From contig NC_045703.1 in NCBI RefSeq assembly GCF_009834535.1, forward strand, positions 73,160,001 through 73,224,000: a stretch of DNA of 64,000 nt, in the 5' to 3' direction. Below the pieces are notes generated by a model. It was not told where the DNA came from. It saw only the letters and a program-made list of their open reading frames with translations, and made no database searches. A program made the position numbers and the translations under genes. Every line of letters starts with the position of its first letter. Positions within the stretch are counted from its first letter, which is position 1. The stretch comes from Camelus ferus. Lineage: Eukaryota. Of this stretch, positions 37,701 through 50,155 are shown one piece after another.

Positions 37701-40700
37701 GAATATTTGGAAACTACTGACAAGAAACGAAGGAGAAAAGGGAGCAGTTCCAGAATCCCCACTCCGGAGCGTCGTGGAAGGTCGCATTCTCGCTCTGGTT
37801 TCTATCACCCTCCCTGGGGCTGCGGGCCATGTTGAAACGCTGGCTGATGGCCCGGCCTCCCCGCCGGTCCTCTGTGGAGGCTCTCCTGTGCCTGTCGCCC
37901 CCGCCGTGGGTGTAGTTTTGTGTCTGCTGGTCTGTCCTGTGTAGACACAGTGTTTTACTTATTAATCTGCACGTGGACTCTTGTCACCCTAGGACTTGCT
38001 GTGCAGGTTACGAAGTGACGGGCCTCTGGCCTCCCCGCCCACCCCTGGCTCCTCTGCAGGTGCTCCCCCACATTCTCCTCCTCCAGAAGAGGAGGAGTGT
38101 TCTTCCTGCCAGCCCCCCACCTGCTCTATCACCCCGGCTCTGGTGGGGGGCCCAGCATGGCCTCTCCCCACACTGGCCCCACCTCGTGGCTCACCTCTCA
38201 GAGCCGGGCCAGGGGCCAGTGGCCAGTGTGGCAGCCCTGTTCCTGGATGGTCCCCTGAGCCCGGTACTCCCGGCCTCGGGGCATCTCAGCGTCTCCTGCT
38301 GGCTGTCCTTGGCCGATGGTGACTTACGTCCTGTCTCTGTTAACTGCTGGGTGTGCACTCCGTCAGACCCCTGCTGCTGCGTGTCCAGGGGCAGGTGTGC
38401 GTCTGTTCAGCTCCACGTTTGTGTCTCAGGGATAAAAACATGAAAAGAGACTTGCTGATGGTATTGAGAAAGCTGCCGCTCAGGCAGTCTGCGCTGAATT
38501 CTGCTCCCACCAGCGATGTGGAGACCTGGCTGCGATCGCACCGTCTTGCTAAACTGAATGGTCTTACTTTCAAAAATGTCATTAATTGAAAAATTATAAC
38601 TTCATGAAATCAACTAAATGTAAATATTAAAGAATTAATTATATAACCCTGAAAAAAGCCAGGAATTAAAGGAAATGAAACTGTGTGCCTAGTGTCTTAA
38701 CTTTTAGACTATGTTTTTCTCTGAACTTGTTACGCGCTTACCAGACACCAAGCACCGTATTTCGTAAGCATTAGCCCGCTTGCTGCCACGAGTCACCTGT
38801 GGAGTTGCGTCGGTCCTCCCGCAGCACGACAGAGACACTGCTGGTCGGTAACCAACTCCAGGTCTGTGTTAGTCCCAAAGCAACGCCAGGTGTGTCTGAC
38901 CTCAGAGTCCGTGCAGGGGGGCAGAGGTCAGGTCACCACACAGTGAGTTCTGGACAACAAATCCAGAAATGACAACTGACTTTTGAGGGTCTGCCCTATG
39001 CCAGTCACCAGACCAGAACTTTTAATACGTTATCTCACAAGTAGAGGTGAAACTACAGAAGAAAGCAGAATAGAAATTGTGAGTCCGGTGGAGGGCACAC
39101 GATCCACATGTGCAGAACACGATTATTGGGTTTGCAGAAGCCAAACGGGGTTTATCAGTGGGGACTGAATTCAGAAGAGGACTCTTCACAGGAGGACGCT
39201 CTGGGCGACCTCGTGAGCTCACCTTGGATGGACCTGAGATGAGAAAGCGGCCGGCCTGGGAAGGAGAGCTGCTTTGTGTGGGAGAAACCACGTATTGTTG
39301 ACGACGACCCTGGAAAAACTGCATCAGAAACGGCTTCCTCAGGCAGAACTCCCTTCTTAGAGGTCTCTCGAAACAGACCGCATTGTCACCCTCCGGGGGG
39401 TGTGGGCATCAGGTGTGCGTCCACCGGAAAGGCTGGGATTGAACAAAGGGTTTTAAAAGTGTTCTTTATTATGGTTTAATTCCTAAAAGTAGAGACAGCA
39501 GTGAACAGCTGGAGCCTCGACTGCCGGGCAATGTGTGCGGATATAAAAACCAACGGGGGGCAAGGGCGGTGCGGGCTCTGAGCAGGTGGCCCAGCCGCGC
39601 CCCTCGCCCCGCCCCCAGACAGGCCCCTCCGCTGGGCTCCAGACCCAGAGCCTCACAGGGAGGAGGAAACATCCACGCAAAACCGCGGGGCCGGAGGACA
39701 GCTCTGAGTGTGGACCGAGCGCCCTGCGAGCTGGGGAGGGAGGGACGGGGGGTCCTGGCTCTTCTCAGAGTCTCGAAGGATGACAGAGCAGGGGGCAGCG
39801 TGAGAACGAGGCGGCGGCGGCAGGGCTCTGGGAGCGGGGAGCGTGGGTGCGGCTGGCCGTCCGCTCCAGGTGCAGGCCCAGGCGGGCGCAGGGTGGAGCC
39901 CTGAGCGGCAGAAGCACCTCTTACTGTGACGTTCGTCAGCCGCCCAGTCAGAGGTGCTTCAAAGCCAACCTGAGCGACAAGCCGCCCAGGAGATGACGAC
40001 CCCCAGTCAGGACGGGCTGGGGTACAGAGAGCCTGGCAGCCCCTCCAGCCGAGAAGAAGAGATGCAGGGTCCGACCCACCTGGGCTGCAGGGGCCAAGAG
40101 ACTGGGCCCGGGTCCTCTCGAGCGGGGTGGACAGAGGCCTCCTTACCTGGGAGTGTAGACGTTGGTGCCGAGAGCCCGGCTGGGTGGGGGGCTCCATCCC
40201 TAGGGAGGGGCTCCCGGACAGGGTGGCACTGAGCTCTGCCTGCCCGGACTCTGGGGCTTCCTCCTGGGGGCCAGCTCAGCTGCCTCCTGTGCCTGGTCTC
40301 AGCGTCCTTCCAGGCAGGGCTCTGTCACCGGGGCCCTTATCTATGGGCACCCCTTTCCTGCAGAAGAGTCTGCCCGGGCAGGGGATCAGTAATCTTGCTG
40401 GGTTCCTGACGGGAAGGGAGGGAAGGAAGGTTCCGAGGCTGGGCAGACACGATCCTCGGCTCTGGCCACATTTTCTAGGTTGGAGGTCCCCAGATTCTGG
40501 TCACGCAGACCCTTAATGTTGGCTGCAGGTGGCCCTGCCAGGAGACTGGTTCAACGTGCAGGTTTCTGGGCCGCGGCCGGGTCCTCGGGAGCAAGACCTT
40601 CCAGGAGCTGCGGTTCCAGGCCAGAAACCAGGCAGGAGGTTTTCTGGGGGTGAGCCCGGGAGAGGAGCCGTGTGCCCACGTCTCGGGTGGGGGTTCTTTC

Positions 40701-41032
40701 TGCTGTCACGGGTCCTCACCAGCAGTCACTTTGTGCAGTTTTACTGCATGTGAAATAGTATTTTATTGTGGTTTTGACTGCGTTTCCTGGGTTAATCATG
40801 AGATGAAGCTTCTGTCCAGTGATAAATCGGATGTCCGTGTCCCTCGTCTGCAAAATGCTCCTGCTTTGCCCACCTCTTGAAGGATTGTCTGTCTCTGTCC
40901 CAGTGTCTGTCCCTGCCCCAGTGCCTTCACAGCACTTTATCTGGGCTGGTGGCCAAGACTGTGCTTAGGGTTGTAAATAACTTCTGGCCTGAAGCTGGTT
41001 TTTCTTTTTTTTCTGTCCCAATACTGTATTTT

Positions 41033-41190
41033 TAAAAAATTTTATCTTTTTAAATTTGTTTTTTTGTTGGAGTTAATTACGTTTATTTATTAATTAATTT
41101 ATTCTTTATTTTAATTATGGATCTGGGGATTGAACCCAGGCCTCGTGCACACTAGGCAGGGCTCTACCACTGAGCCGTGCCCCCGCCCCG
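41033..41190 (-). mobile_element. tRNA-derived SINE
   Basis: GGGGATTGAACCCAGG (B box) and GCTCTACCACTGAGC (A box) on the plus strand; diverged TSD CCAATACTGTATTTT (41018-41032) / CCAGTGTTGTATTTT (41191-41205). Confidence 0.88.
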
Positions 41191-43911
41191 CCAGTGTTGT
41201 ATTTTGATAAGCAGGGGTTCTTGGTTTAACACAGCCGAGTCTATTCATCTTTCTGACGACTTCACCCTAAGTGGTCCCCGACGTAGCTGCAGCCGTGACC
41301 CCGAGATGGCCGTCGTCCTCACACGGCTCGCCTGCTGCTCACACTGCGCCCTGGATTGCTGACGTCAGTCGCACATTTCATCAGAGATGTTTTATTTGAT
41401 TCTTGTAAAGGTCCACCCTGTCAGCTGTGGCAGTCGTGTTTTCTTCCATAGGTTCGTTCTCCACCTTTCACGTCTCTTAAAAAATGCCTTAAAAATCATT
41501 TCTCCTTCAACTTGACGTTGTCTCTCTGGGTCTGGCTCTGTCCTTGGTTGCCAGATGTCACTGGTGTGCTGTTTCCTCGCTGGCTCAGTGACTTTTGACC
41601 GTGAACTTGTGTGTCTTTGAACTCTGTCCGAGGGAAGGGCTGAGACCTGTCCTCTCAGGGAAGATGTGCTGCCGTTCCCGCCAGGTCCCAGGACCCGAGA
41701 CTCAGTTGAGCCTGTTTTCCGGCCCCTTGGATTGAATTCCGGCACCACAGCTGGCCTGATCTCCTCCGGCTCTGCCCAGGGAGGCGTGCACCCCGGGGTC
41801 TGCTGTGGAGGGTGGGGCGTCCCCCTTCACCCGCTGAGGGGCCTGCACTTTCGGGGGGGACGCTCTGATGGACGGTGACAGCATGGGCCAAGAATTTATG
41901 GGACAAGATACAGGAGGAAAACTCAAGGTGGGAGAATTAGTTTTTTCTCCTGACAACTGGAAAAAATATGACAAAACGGAGCAGAGCACCGAGCTTAGAC
42001 TTTATGACAACACCGCATTCCGCTGAAGGAACGTGGCCCCAGGACGTTGCTAGTCATTCTGCCCAGTGCAGGGGACGGGAGGGGTCAGCCTGTGTCAGTG
42101 TGGCTGCTGCTCAAGTCTCTCGCCCACACCCAGCCCTGCCCTCCCGCTCGGGCTACCTCATCGCTCGTGAAGAAAAACAAATCCTGCCCAGACGGCCCCC
42201 CTCACGGAGCAGGCCCGGGACCAGGCCCGCCCAGGAGGATGGGATTGGCGCGGAGCCCAGGTCCCCGGCTCCCCAGGGATGGAGCGCAGCCGCCACCGTG
42301 TTTCCGTGGTGACTGCGTTGGGGGGGGGGCAGTAGCCTCCCTGGGCAGGGGTGGGACGTCTCAGAACAGGGCTGGGCGGACAGTCCACCAAGGGTCAGAG
42401 AAAGGGTCTTCGTCTTCGTGGGACGAGGCACCACATCGAGGCCCCCCTGCAGGTACTTAGACACACATTTTTATTGATGAAATTGAAAACTTTACTCACA
42501 GACTCGGACCTTTGAACTTCATCTAGTCTTCACATCATGAAATGCTCTCTTTTGACTGTTTCTCAGCCCCTTGAAGATGGAGGCCCGCTCTCAGCTCGTT
42601 GGCTGTGCTGTGCACACAGCTCACCTCGCCGATAGTCATTCTTGCTTGTTAGTAAATCTGTTCAGTGACACTTCAAAAAATTCATTATTTTTTGTTGCAG
42701 ACCCTGGTTAAGAACCTCAGCAGGGGTGACTCAGGACACTGCAGGGCCTGCCCTTTACAGAGCTTGTTCCAGGTGGGCCCGGATGGGCCGTCTGACAGAG
42801 TGACTCTCACCTGGCCACGGCCGAGGGGAGCACCAGGAGGCTTCCGTCCCCGCCCGGGGGGCAGAGTGCAGACACCAGCCTGGAAGAAGGATCTGCCTTG
42901 TTTCCATCCTGGAACTTTGTTATGTTCAGCTAGTTTGCAAGGGAATTCTTGCAGGTAATCCCAGAAAATCCTTTCTCGGGGGGAGCCAGGCTGGGCTGGA
43001 CGTGGCTCTGCCGCTCGGTGCATCAGAACCGAGCCTTCCCTTAGGGTCAACAGGCGGCAGAGGCGCAGGAGGAGCACCAGGAGTTGAAGGTCCCAGGTGA
43101 CCTGCCTCTCCAGGACCAGGTGCTTTCTACACTAAAATGCACAGAAACGCTGAGTTTTCCTCTTTCCTTCACCGAGGATGTAGGTGCCTCCATTTTTTAT
43201 CACTGATAAAACCCACTGACGGACGACAAAGAACACAGAATGTGTGACTTTTGGGGCTTATTGTTGTGGGCGGCTGTGGGTGAAGAGGTTGATGCACTTT
43301 CAAATGAAATGACACGGATCTAGGAGTGGACGGGAAAACCTTCTGCAAAGAATTTCCCGACCCACCGGGAAGCTACTGGAGTCGCCGCACATGTAACGTG
43401 GATCTTTAGGGCAAAGAGACCGGCAAGCTCGGCCTCCTTCCTGGAGTGGCATTTCGCCTCTTCCTGCCTCGTAATGATTCCGAGCTGGAATGTCTAGTTT
43501 TGAGGTAGAACACTGAACCCAATTTCTCAGTGTGTTGAAATGAATTAGGACCAGGCACAAGGAGTGGTCCTCCGGGCGTCTGGGGAGCCCCGTAGCCAAG
43601 AGCCAGCCAGGGCAGAGAAGGCACCTGGCGTCCCGCGGGACGAGGGCTTGACAGCCCGGGTCGCAGTCCAGCACCGCCCTTCACCGGAGCTTACCTGGCA
43701 GTGTGGGTTTTCCCCGTGTTCCTTATTCGCTACTCAGAGCCCGTAAACACATAAGAATCCCTGCGACTTTTTTTTCTTTCAAGTGGAAAGCGCCTCTTTT
43801 GCTAAGAGAACAATGATGATGATTGAAAAACCCAAGAATTATTTTTTTAAAAAATCACATATTTCAGAATAAAAAATTACCTAAGAATAGTGGGATATGA
43901 AGCTACTTCAG

Positions 43912-44046
43912 TTTTTTTTTTTTTTCCTTAGGGGCAGAGAGGTAATTAGGTTGTTTATTTATTTATTCTTAGAGGAGGTGCTGGGGATGGCACCCAGGAC
44001 CTGGTGCTCGCCAAGCCGGGTTCGGCCGCGTGAGCTCTGCCCTCCC
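43912..44046 (-). mobile_element. tRNA-derived SINE with a perfect 14-bp TSD
   Basis: T14 tail; GGTAATTAGG tail motif; TSD TGAAGCTACTTCAG at 43898-43911 and 44047-44060. Confidence 0.9.
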
Positions 44047-44339
44047 TGAAGCTACTTCAGAGTTGGTCCCGATCCTCCGAGCACATGCGCACGCCCTGCA
44101 GGAGGAGGAGCACCTGATGGCATTCACGGTTGCCGGGTCTGCTTGGCTCTTCTGGTTGGATTTTGTAAAACTGCAGAAATACGAGTCACTGTCAAGTCTG
44201 CAGCGCCCGACACACTAGCGGACGCCGAGCGTGTTTGGAGACGTACATTTGGTGATGAGTGAGTCGGACCGAGCTGCCCGGAAGGGAAAGCCTCATGCAT
44301 CCGCTGCTTTGCTAGTCCTCAGCTGTAACCAGGCTTAGG

Positions 44340-44500
44340 ACATGAGCGACTTCACTTGAATCTTCACGAAAGCACTTCAAAGCCTGGGGCATTTCCACCC
44401 TCATTTTGCAGATGGAGAAATGGATGCAAATGGAAGTCAGGTGATTTGCCCAAAATTCCTCTGCTGAGACCTGGTGGTGCCGAGACCACTCTGGCCTGAG
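44340..44500 (-). mobile_element. MIR fragment
   Basis: CCCTCATTTTGCAGATGGAGAAA...GTCAGGTGATTTGCCCAA matches the MIR core. Confidence 0.7.
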
Positions 44501-45618
44501 GGTCTGGACCTCACACCTCAGCACTCGCCACGGCTGTCTTTATTGTCACGCCGCACATGGTCACCTCCAGCAAGAACTTTTTCTCAAGCCAAATTAGAGG
44601 TGCAGAAGCCATCTTCTTGGCAGACTGGCTTTCTGTTGAATATTCAGCATCCTCATGATAATATAATCTAAGAGAGGTTTACCTTTTTTAAAAGAGAAGT
44701 GAGTTCTGTTCATTTTTAATGACAATAAAAATCGTGTATCACATAACATCTAGAAGGCTCAGAAAAGCAGAGCTCGGATCTCCTTATTGGAGCACGAGGA
44801 TCCTCGTGTCCTGGTTTGATTCCTTCTGGCCTCTGTGCCCTGTGCCTGCGCTTCACACACTCGCAGATGCAACGCGGAACGTTCTGCATGTTCCTGCAAC
44901 AGGAGGCCGCAGCCTTGCCGTCCGCACCATATTCTGCTGTGTGGATGGACTATGGTTTGCCCCTCTTTTAAGGCTTCCAGAGAGATTCTGAACTACTTCT
45001 ACTAGAGGTGGCACTTTGATGACCCTCTTTATATGTCATTTTCCATACTGAGGACTTTGTCTTGGGCAGGAGTCCCCACAGCAGACTTAACAGGTAAAAG
45101 GACATAAACATGTCTGAAGTCTTTGCAGCCCGCTGTCCGGCAGCCTTCCCAGGCCGGACGTTCAGTCAGTCACACTAGGACCGGCAGTGATGGAGAGTGA
45201 GTGCTGCTGTGCCCCAGCCCCAAGAGCATCCTGTGATCTTTTACATGTTTTCCTGACCATTGATGCTCTGTCTGGAACGCTGGGTTTCAAGAAAAGGCCA
45301 GAGTTAGTAGAACAGCCCAGGGCTCTCCCCCGAGGGTGACCTTTACCACAAGGAGCTGGTGCCCTGAACTCACCCCCACCTCTGGAAGGATGCTCCTGCA
45401 GGCCCCTTGGGAGACAGGGAAGCTGTGGACTTGGGGACAAGCCCTCTAGACAGGCTCACTCTGGAGGTGAGAGCTCGCAGAAACTACAAGTGCTTTGAAA
45501 ATCCGTCTGAAACGCACGTTTGATTCCAGTGAGCACTTCTGGGCTGTGGCTCTTGGTCAGTTCGGGATGAAGACCGTCCCGTCCAGGCGGGCGGCCAGCT
45601 CCCCATCGTGTGGGCAGG

Positions 45619-45632
45619 GCGCCCCCTGGCGG
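45619..45632 (-). promoter_or_regulatory. CTCF core motif (reverse orientation)
   Basis: Minus strand CCGCCAGGGGGCGC, an exact match to CCRSYAGRKGGCRS; binding itself is not shown. Confidence 0.55.
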
Positions 45633-46486
45633 GCGCGCGGGCGGACAGGTCTCTGTGGGAGAAGCCCGTTTCCTCACACAAACCAGACTCCAGGCTCCTG
45701 GCAAGCGCAAACTGCGAAAGTTGGTGATGCTTCAAGTCTGTCTCGCCCGGTCTCCGGGGAGCGGTCTGAGGCGGCCGCCTGCTGACCGCCCCTCCCGGCC
45801 GGCCGGCCGGCCCGAACGCAAGCTCCTCACCGGGCACGCAGGACTTCCGTAAACCAGGTAAAAGGTACCTCTGGGGCACAAGCCCCCTAGCTTGGAGATT
45901 ACGCGATTCTTCACATTTCTTCTATTTTGGGATTTGCCTTATTTCAATCTTCGTATATGAGGTAAGACCTTACTCACTCTTTACATCTTACTGTTTTAAA
46001 TTTACATCCCAAAATGGCACAGAATCCATCTGTGGCGTCAGATTCCAGGGCAGGGCTCGTTCACGGCTCCGCCAGAACCTCAGGTATTTCACAGTCGTGT
46101 CCGAGAGGGTCTTAGGTGAGTTGCCTGCTGTTAGAAGGATAATCTTCGTGCCAGAGTGGAGACACCGCTCAGGCTGCGACCAGTGGGTGAGTCCTTATTG
46201 GATGGCCAGGACGTGGAGATGCTGAGAGTTGATTAGCAGGTCAGAGCTGCTAGAACAAAGGGCAGGAGAGAGGAGGAAGGGAGGGCTGTGGGAAAGGGTT
46301 TTGTCAGGATGGGAGCAGCACTGTTTCTGTAACGAGGGAGGGGAGGCCAAGGCTGGGAGGCCTGGCAGGACACCCCTGCACAGAAGCGCAGGACGTGGAG
46401 GCGGCGGGAGGAGGGGAGAGTGTCCAGGGCACAGGAACTGCTGTGGGGGGGCGGGGAGAAAGAGAGCTCGTGCAGAAGTGAGTGCT

Positions 46487-46995
46487 CACAGCAGCCAAGA
46501 CACGGAGGCAGCCTACGTGTCCATCGACCGACGACTGGGTAAAGAAGAGGTGGTGTATTTACACAGTGGAACACTACTCAGCCATAGANNNNNNNNNNNN
46601 NNNNNNNNNNNNNNNNNNNNNNNNNNNNNNNNNNNNNNNNNNNNNNNNNNNNNNNNNNNNNNNNNNNNNNNNNNNNNNNNNNNNNNNNNNNNNNNNNNNN
46701 NNNNNNNNNNNNNNNNNNNNNNNNTTATTTGCAAAACAGAAGCAGACTCACAGGCATAGAAAACACACTCATGGTTACCAGAGGGGAAAGGTAGCAGGGG
46801 TGGAGGGATAAACTGGGAGTTCGGAATTAGCAGGTACCAACTACTCTATACAAAATAGACAAACAGCGAGGTCCTGCTGCACAGCACGGGGAACTACATT
46901 CAATACCTTGTAACACCCATAATGGGACAAAGTCTGATGCTATGCACCTGAAACTTACACAATGCCGTAAATCAACTATAGCTAAATTTTTAAAA
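46487..46995 (+). mobile_element. 5'-truncated L1 3' end, interrupted by an assembly gap
   Basis: TGTCCATCGAC...GTAAAGAAGAGGTGGTG...TACTCAGCCATA, then TTATTTGCAAAACAGAAGCAGACTCACAGGCATAGAAAAC...GTAAATCAACTATA. Confidence 0.85.
46589..46724. other. Assembly gap (136 N)
   Basis: Run of N read directly; the size is close to the L1 segment expected between the two flanks. Confidence 0.99.
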
Positions 46996-47749
46996 GACAG
47001 AGGAAAGAAGTGAATGGACATTTTAAGGCAACAAGTTTTCTGCCTTGGGGAAGAGGAAAGGGTCTGTTCTTCTAGAAGGCACTGTCAGAGGGGAGAAGTC
47101 GGGGGAACGGGAGGGGTGGGGGCTTGGCATGCCTGGTTTTTCTTTTCTCAAAACAAAATGGCATTTAGGAAACCTCAGTTTTTGCCACACCTGACTCAGC
47201 TCTGGAAAGAGTCTCTCCCTGGGGAGGTGGTTTGCAGCAGCAAGAAGGTGTTGGGGAACCAGGCAGAAACAGTGCCTCCAGGAAATCTCCCCGGCTCACT
47301 TTCTCTCTAAAGCACGCACTTTCTCAAGGCGTCTTCAGCGGGGCACCACTTCTCCGCCATCACCAGAGTCGTCTGTGCCAGCTTTAATGGGCCCGGTTTC
47401 TGGAATTTGCTCCGTTCGCTATGCGAACATGAGACAGTTCACGAGGGAGACGTCATCACCGAAGACACCTCCGCAAGTCACAAACCCCACGCTCCGCACT
47501 CGTGGGAAGTGGTCGTGCTCTATGCAAGTGGTGCCCATTCCAGCATAAAAATTACATCAGGCCATCTAAACAGCAGCCAGTGTGTACTAACCAGATCCCA
47601 GTGTTTGACGCAAAGGGAGAGGAGGGGCTTGAGTTTACTCAGTGTTGACCTGAACTAGCCCCTTCACTTTGCTCCGTTTCTACACTTTGGTCATCTCAGA
47701 TAAATGCCACTCCCACCTTTTTTTTTTTTAAATAACAATCTGATTATTA

Positions 47750-47893
47750 TTATTTTTAAAAAAAAATTTTTGGGGGGGAGGTTATTAGGTTTACTTATTT
47801 ATGTGTTTATTTTTGGAGGAGGTGCTGGGGAATGAACCCAGGGCCTCGTGCGTGCTAGGCTCGTGCTCCACCACTTGAGCTGTACCCTCCTCC
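47750..47893 (-). mobile_element. tRNA-derived SINE
   Basis: GGAGGTGCTGGGGAATGAACCCAGG head; TSD CAATCTGATTATTA (47736-47749) / CAGTCTGATTATTA (47894-47907). Confidence 0.88.
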
Positions 47894-49599
47894 CAGTCTG
47901 ATTATTAAGGCATTGCTCTTGCTGTGAAGTTGCTTTGTATTCCAGGTAACAAACACCACGTGGTTAGTGGGAGAGAATTCTTCCTTGTGATGGTCATTGT
48001 CTGCTGGACAGTTACTTCTCCTGCAGAATTTGAAGAGATGACTTTGCCAGGCTGGTGGGCCGGGCACGTCTGCGAGCTTGTGGGAACCTTTGCTGATTCA
48101 TTAGCGCAGAGTCCCCATCGGCGGGCGCTTTCAGCCTGAGCTGGCTGGTGACCCGGACCTCTCCTCCTCCGTGCACTGATGGAGGCGGTGGGAGCGCCCA
48201 GCTAAACCACCGCTACGGCCCTGAGTCCCCTGGGGCTGCACTGGGGCCCCTTGGCCGCTACCTGCGTTTTGAAAATAGCTGTTCTCTTGTGTTCACGAGG
48301 AGGTCTTCTACTTAATCACGGGTAGCTTCGCGGCTGCCCTGAGGAGGGCCTCCGGTCCACTTGCCTTCGGAGGTCCCGTCATCACTCCAGTGCCGGTGCC
48401 GGTGCCGGTGCCTGGGGTGCCAGGGGTGCCGTGGGCGCCGGCGCGCACTGCCGGGCAGGGCTGTGGAAGGAGCTGCCTGCACTGGGAAGGTGGAGCTGCT
48501 GCCCTCGCCTGGCGGAGGTGCTCCCGGATGGCCGGACCACGTGGTGGCCCACAACCAGGTGCGCGACTGAACGCAAGAAAAGGGACATGTGGGGGCTAAG
48601 GGGGCAGGAGGCGGGCAGGGGAGGCGAGGCAAGGAAGGCCTTCTCTCTGCCCCTGGACGGGAGGGTGACAGGGCTAGTTTCCGAACAGAAAAGAACTGCA
48701 CTCAGGAATCTCAACTTTTTGGAGAAAGAGAATGAAATAGCTTCATTAAAACTACATAAACTGCATTCAAATAATGACACTTACGGCAAAACTGAAAGTA
48801 CAGTAAAAACAACCTTTCCTGAAAACCTTCCTGGAAACAGCAGGCAGTGCAAGGCCGGCGGGTCCCGCCGCCTCCACACACGTCCGGGCGGGTCCCTCCG
48901 CCAGAGGTGGGCGCGCGGGTGAGCGCAGTCAGCACTGCCTGGGCCGCAGACCCCACGCGGGTCTCGCCAGCTGCCAGCAGTTCCCAATCTGGCAAAAGAA
49001 TTCAGGTCAGGATCAGCCTTGGGCTCATCTGTGACTCTCCTTCAGTTTCTTCTTGGTCGGGAACATTCTCCAGCCTGCCTTCGATTTCTGGCTGTGGCAC
49101 GTGGGTGTGCGGGTAGCAGCTGGCTACTTTGTAGGATGCTCCTCCAGTCAAGTGGGCGGTTGCTTCAGTGATAGTTATGCTGTGTTCCCATGACAACCTA
49201 TCCAGTGGGCAGTTTCCACCTCTCATCAATGATCATGTTTCTTTTGATCACTTGGTTAAGGTGGGGTCAGCCAAGGATCCCACTGCAAAGTCACCTCCTT
49301 CCTCCTAGTAACTAATTAGTAAATTATATCTTAATGAAGTAGTGAAAAAAAAAAAAAAGAACATATGGCTTTTACTTACCTTCATTGCTTTTATATATGT
49401 GCGTCTTTTTTCTTGGGCAGAAAATCTTATTTTCTAAATTTATTAACAGAATTACATTTTGTTTTACTTTATGATATACCTGTATTTGTTTCAAAATTAT
49501 AACACTAATAATTTTCTAACAATATGGCTACTGAATGAATTTAAAATTTATTTCTTTTTTTCTTTACTATAGAATATATCCTATCAGAAGTTTACAATT

Positions 49600-50120
49600 A
49601 TCTGAATAGAGAAAATTGAATACTTCCTAACTCATCCTATGAGTCAATATGACCTTGATAACAAAACTAGGCAAAGATATTAGAAGTAAAGAAAATTACA
49701 AAGCAATATCCTTCATGCACGTAAGTGAAAAATTCCAGACAAAAGCTTTGCAAGTTAAATCTAACAACACGTACAAAGAATACTGCACTATGACCAACTG
49801 CAGTTTCTCCCAGAAATGCAGAGTTTGCTAAGCAATCAAAAGTAAGAAAAGGAAAACAAACGCTCATCTCAAGAGGTGCAGAATAAGCCCTAAAAATTTA
49901 ACATCCATTCCTGATTAAGGAAAAAACCTCCAGGCAAAGTAGAAATAGAAAATTTTCTGAACCTGGTAAACGGCACATACGGAGAAACCACAGCTGACAC
50001 ACTTGAGGTGAAGGTCTGGGTGCCCCCCCCAATCAGGAACAAGGCAGAAATGTCTGCCTTCACCACTTTTGTTCAACATCATATTGGAAGTCCTAGCCAG
50101 AGCTATAAGGCAAGAAAAGT

Positions 50121-50155
<35 letters not shown>

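Noticed and set aside
38430-38589. Short ORF behind an AG with DVETWLRSHRL, faintly like the start of a SAM domain
   Set aside because: The similarity covers about 10 residues, the ORF stops soon after, and no partner exons were found. A profile search would settle it.
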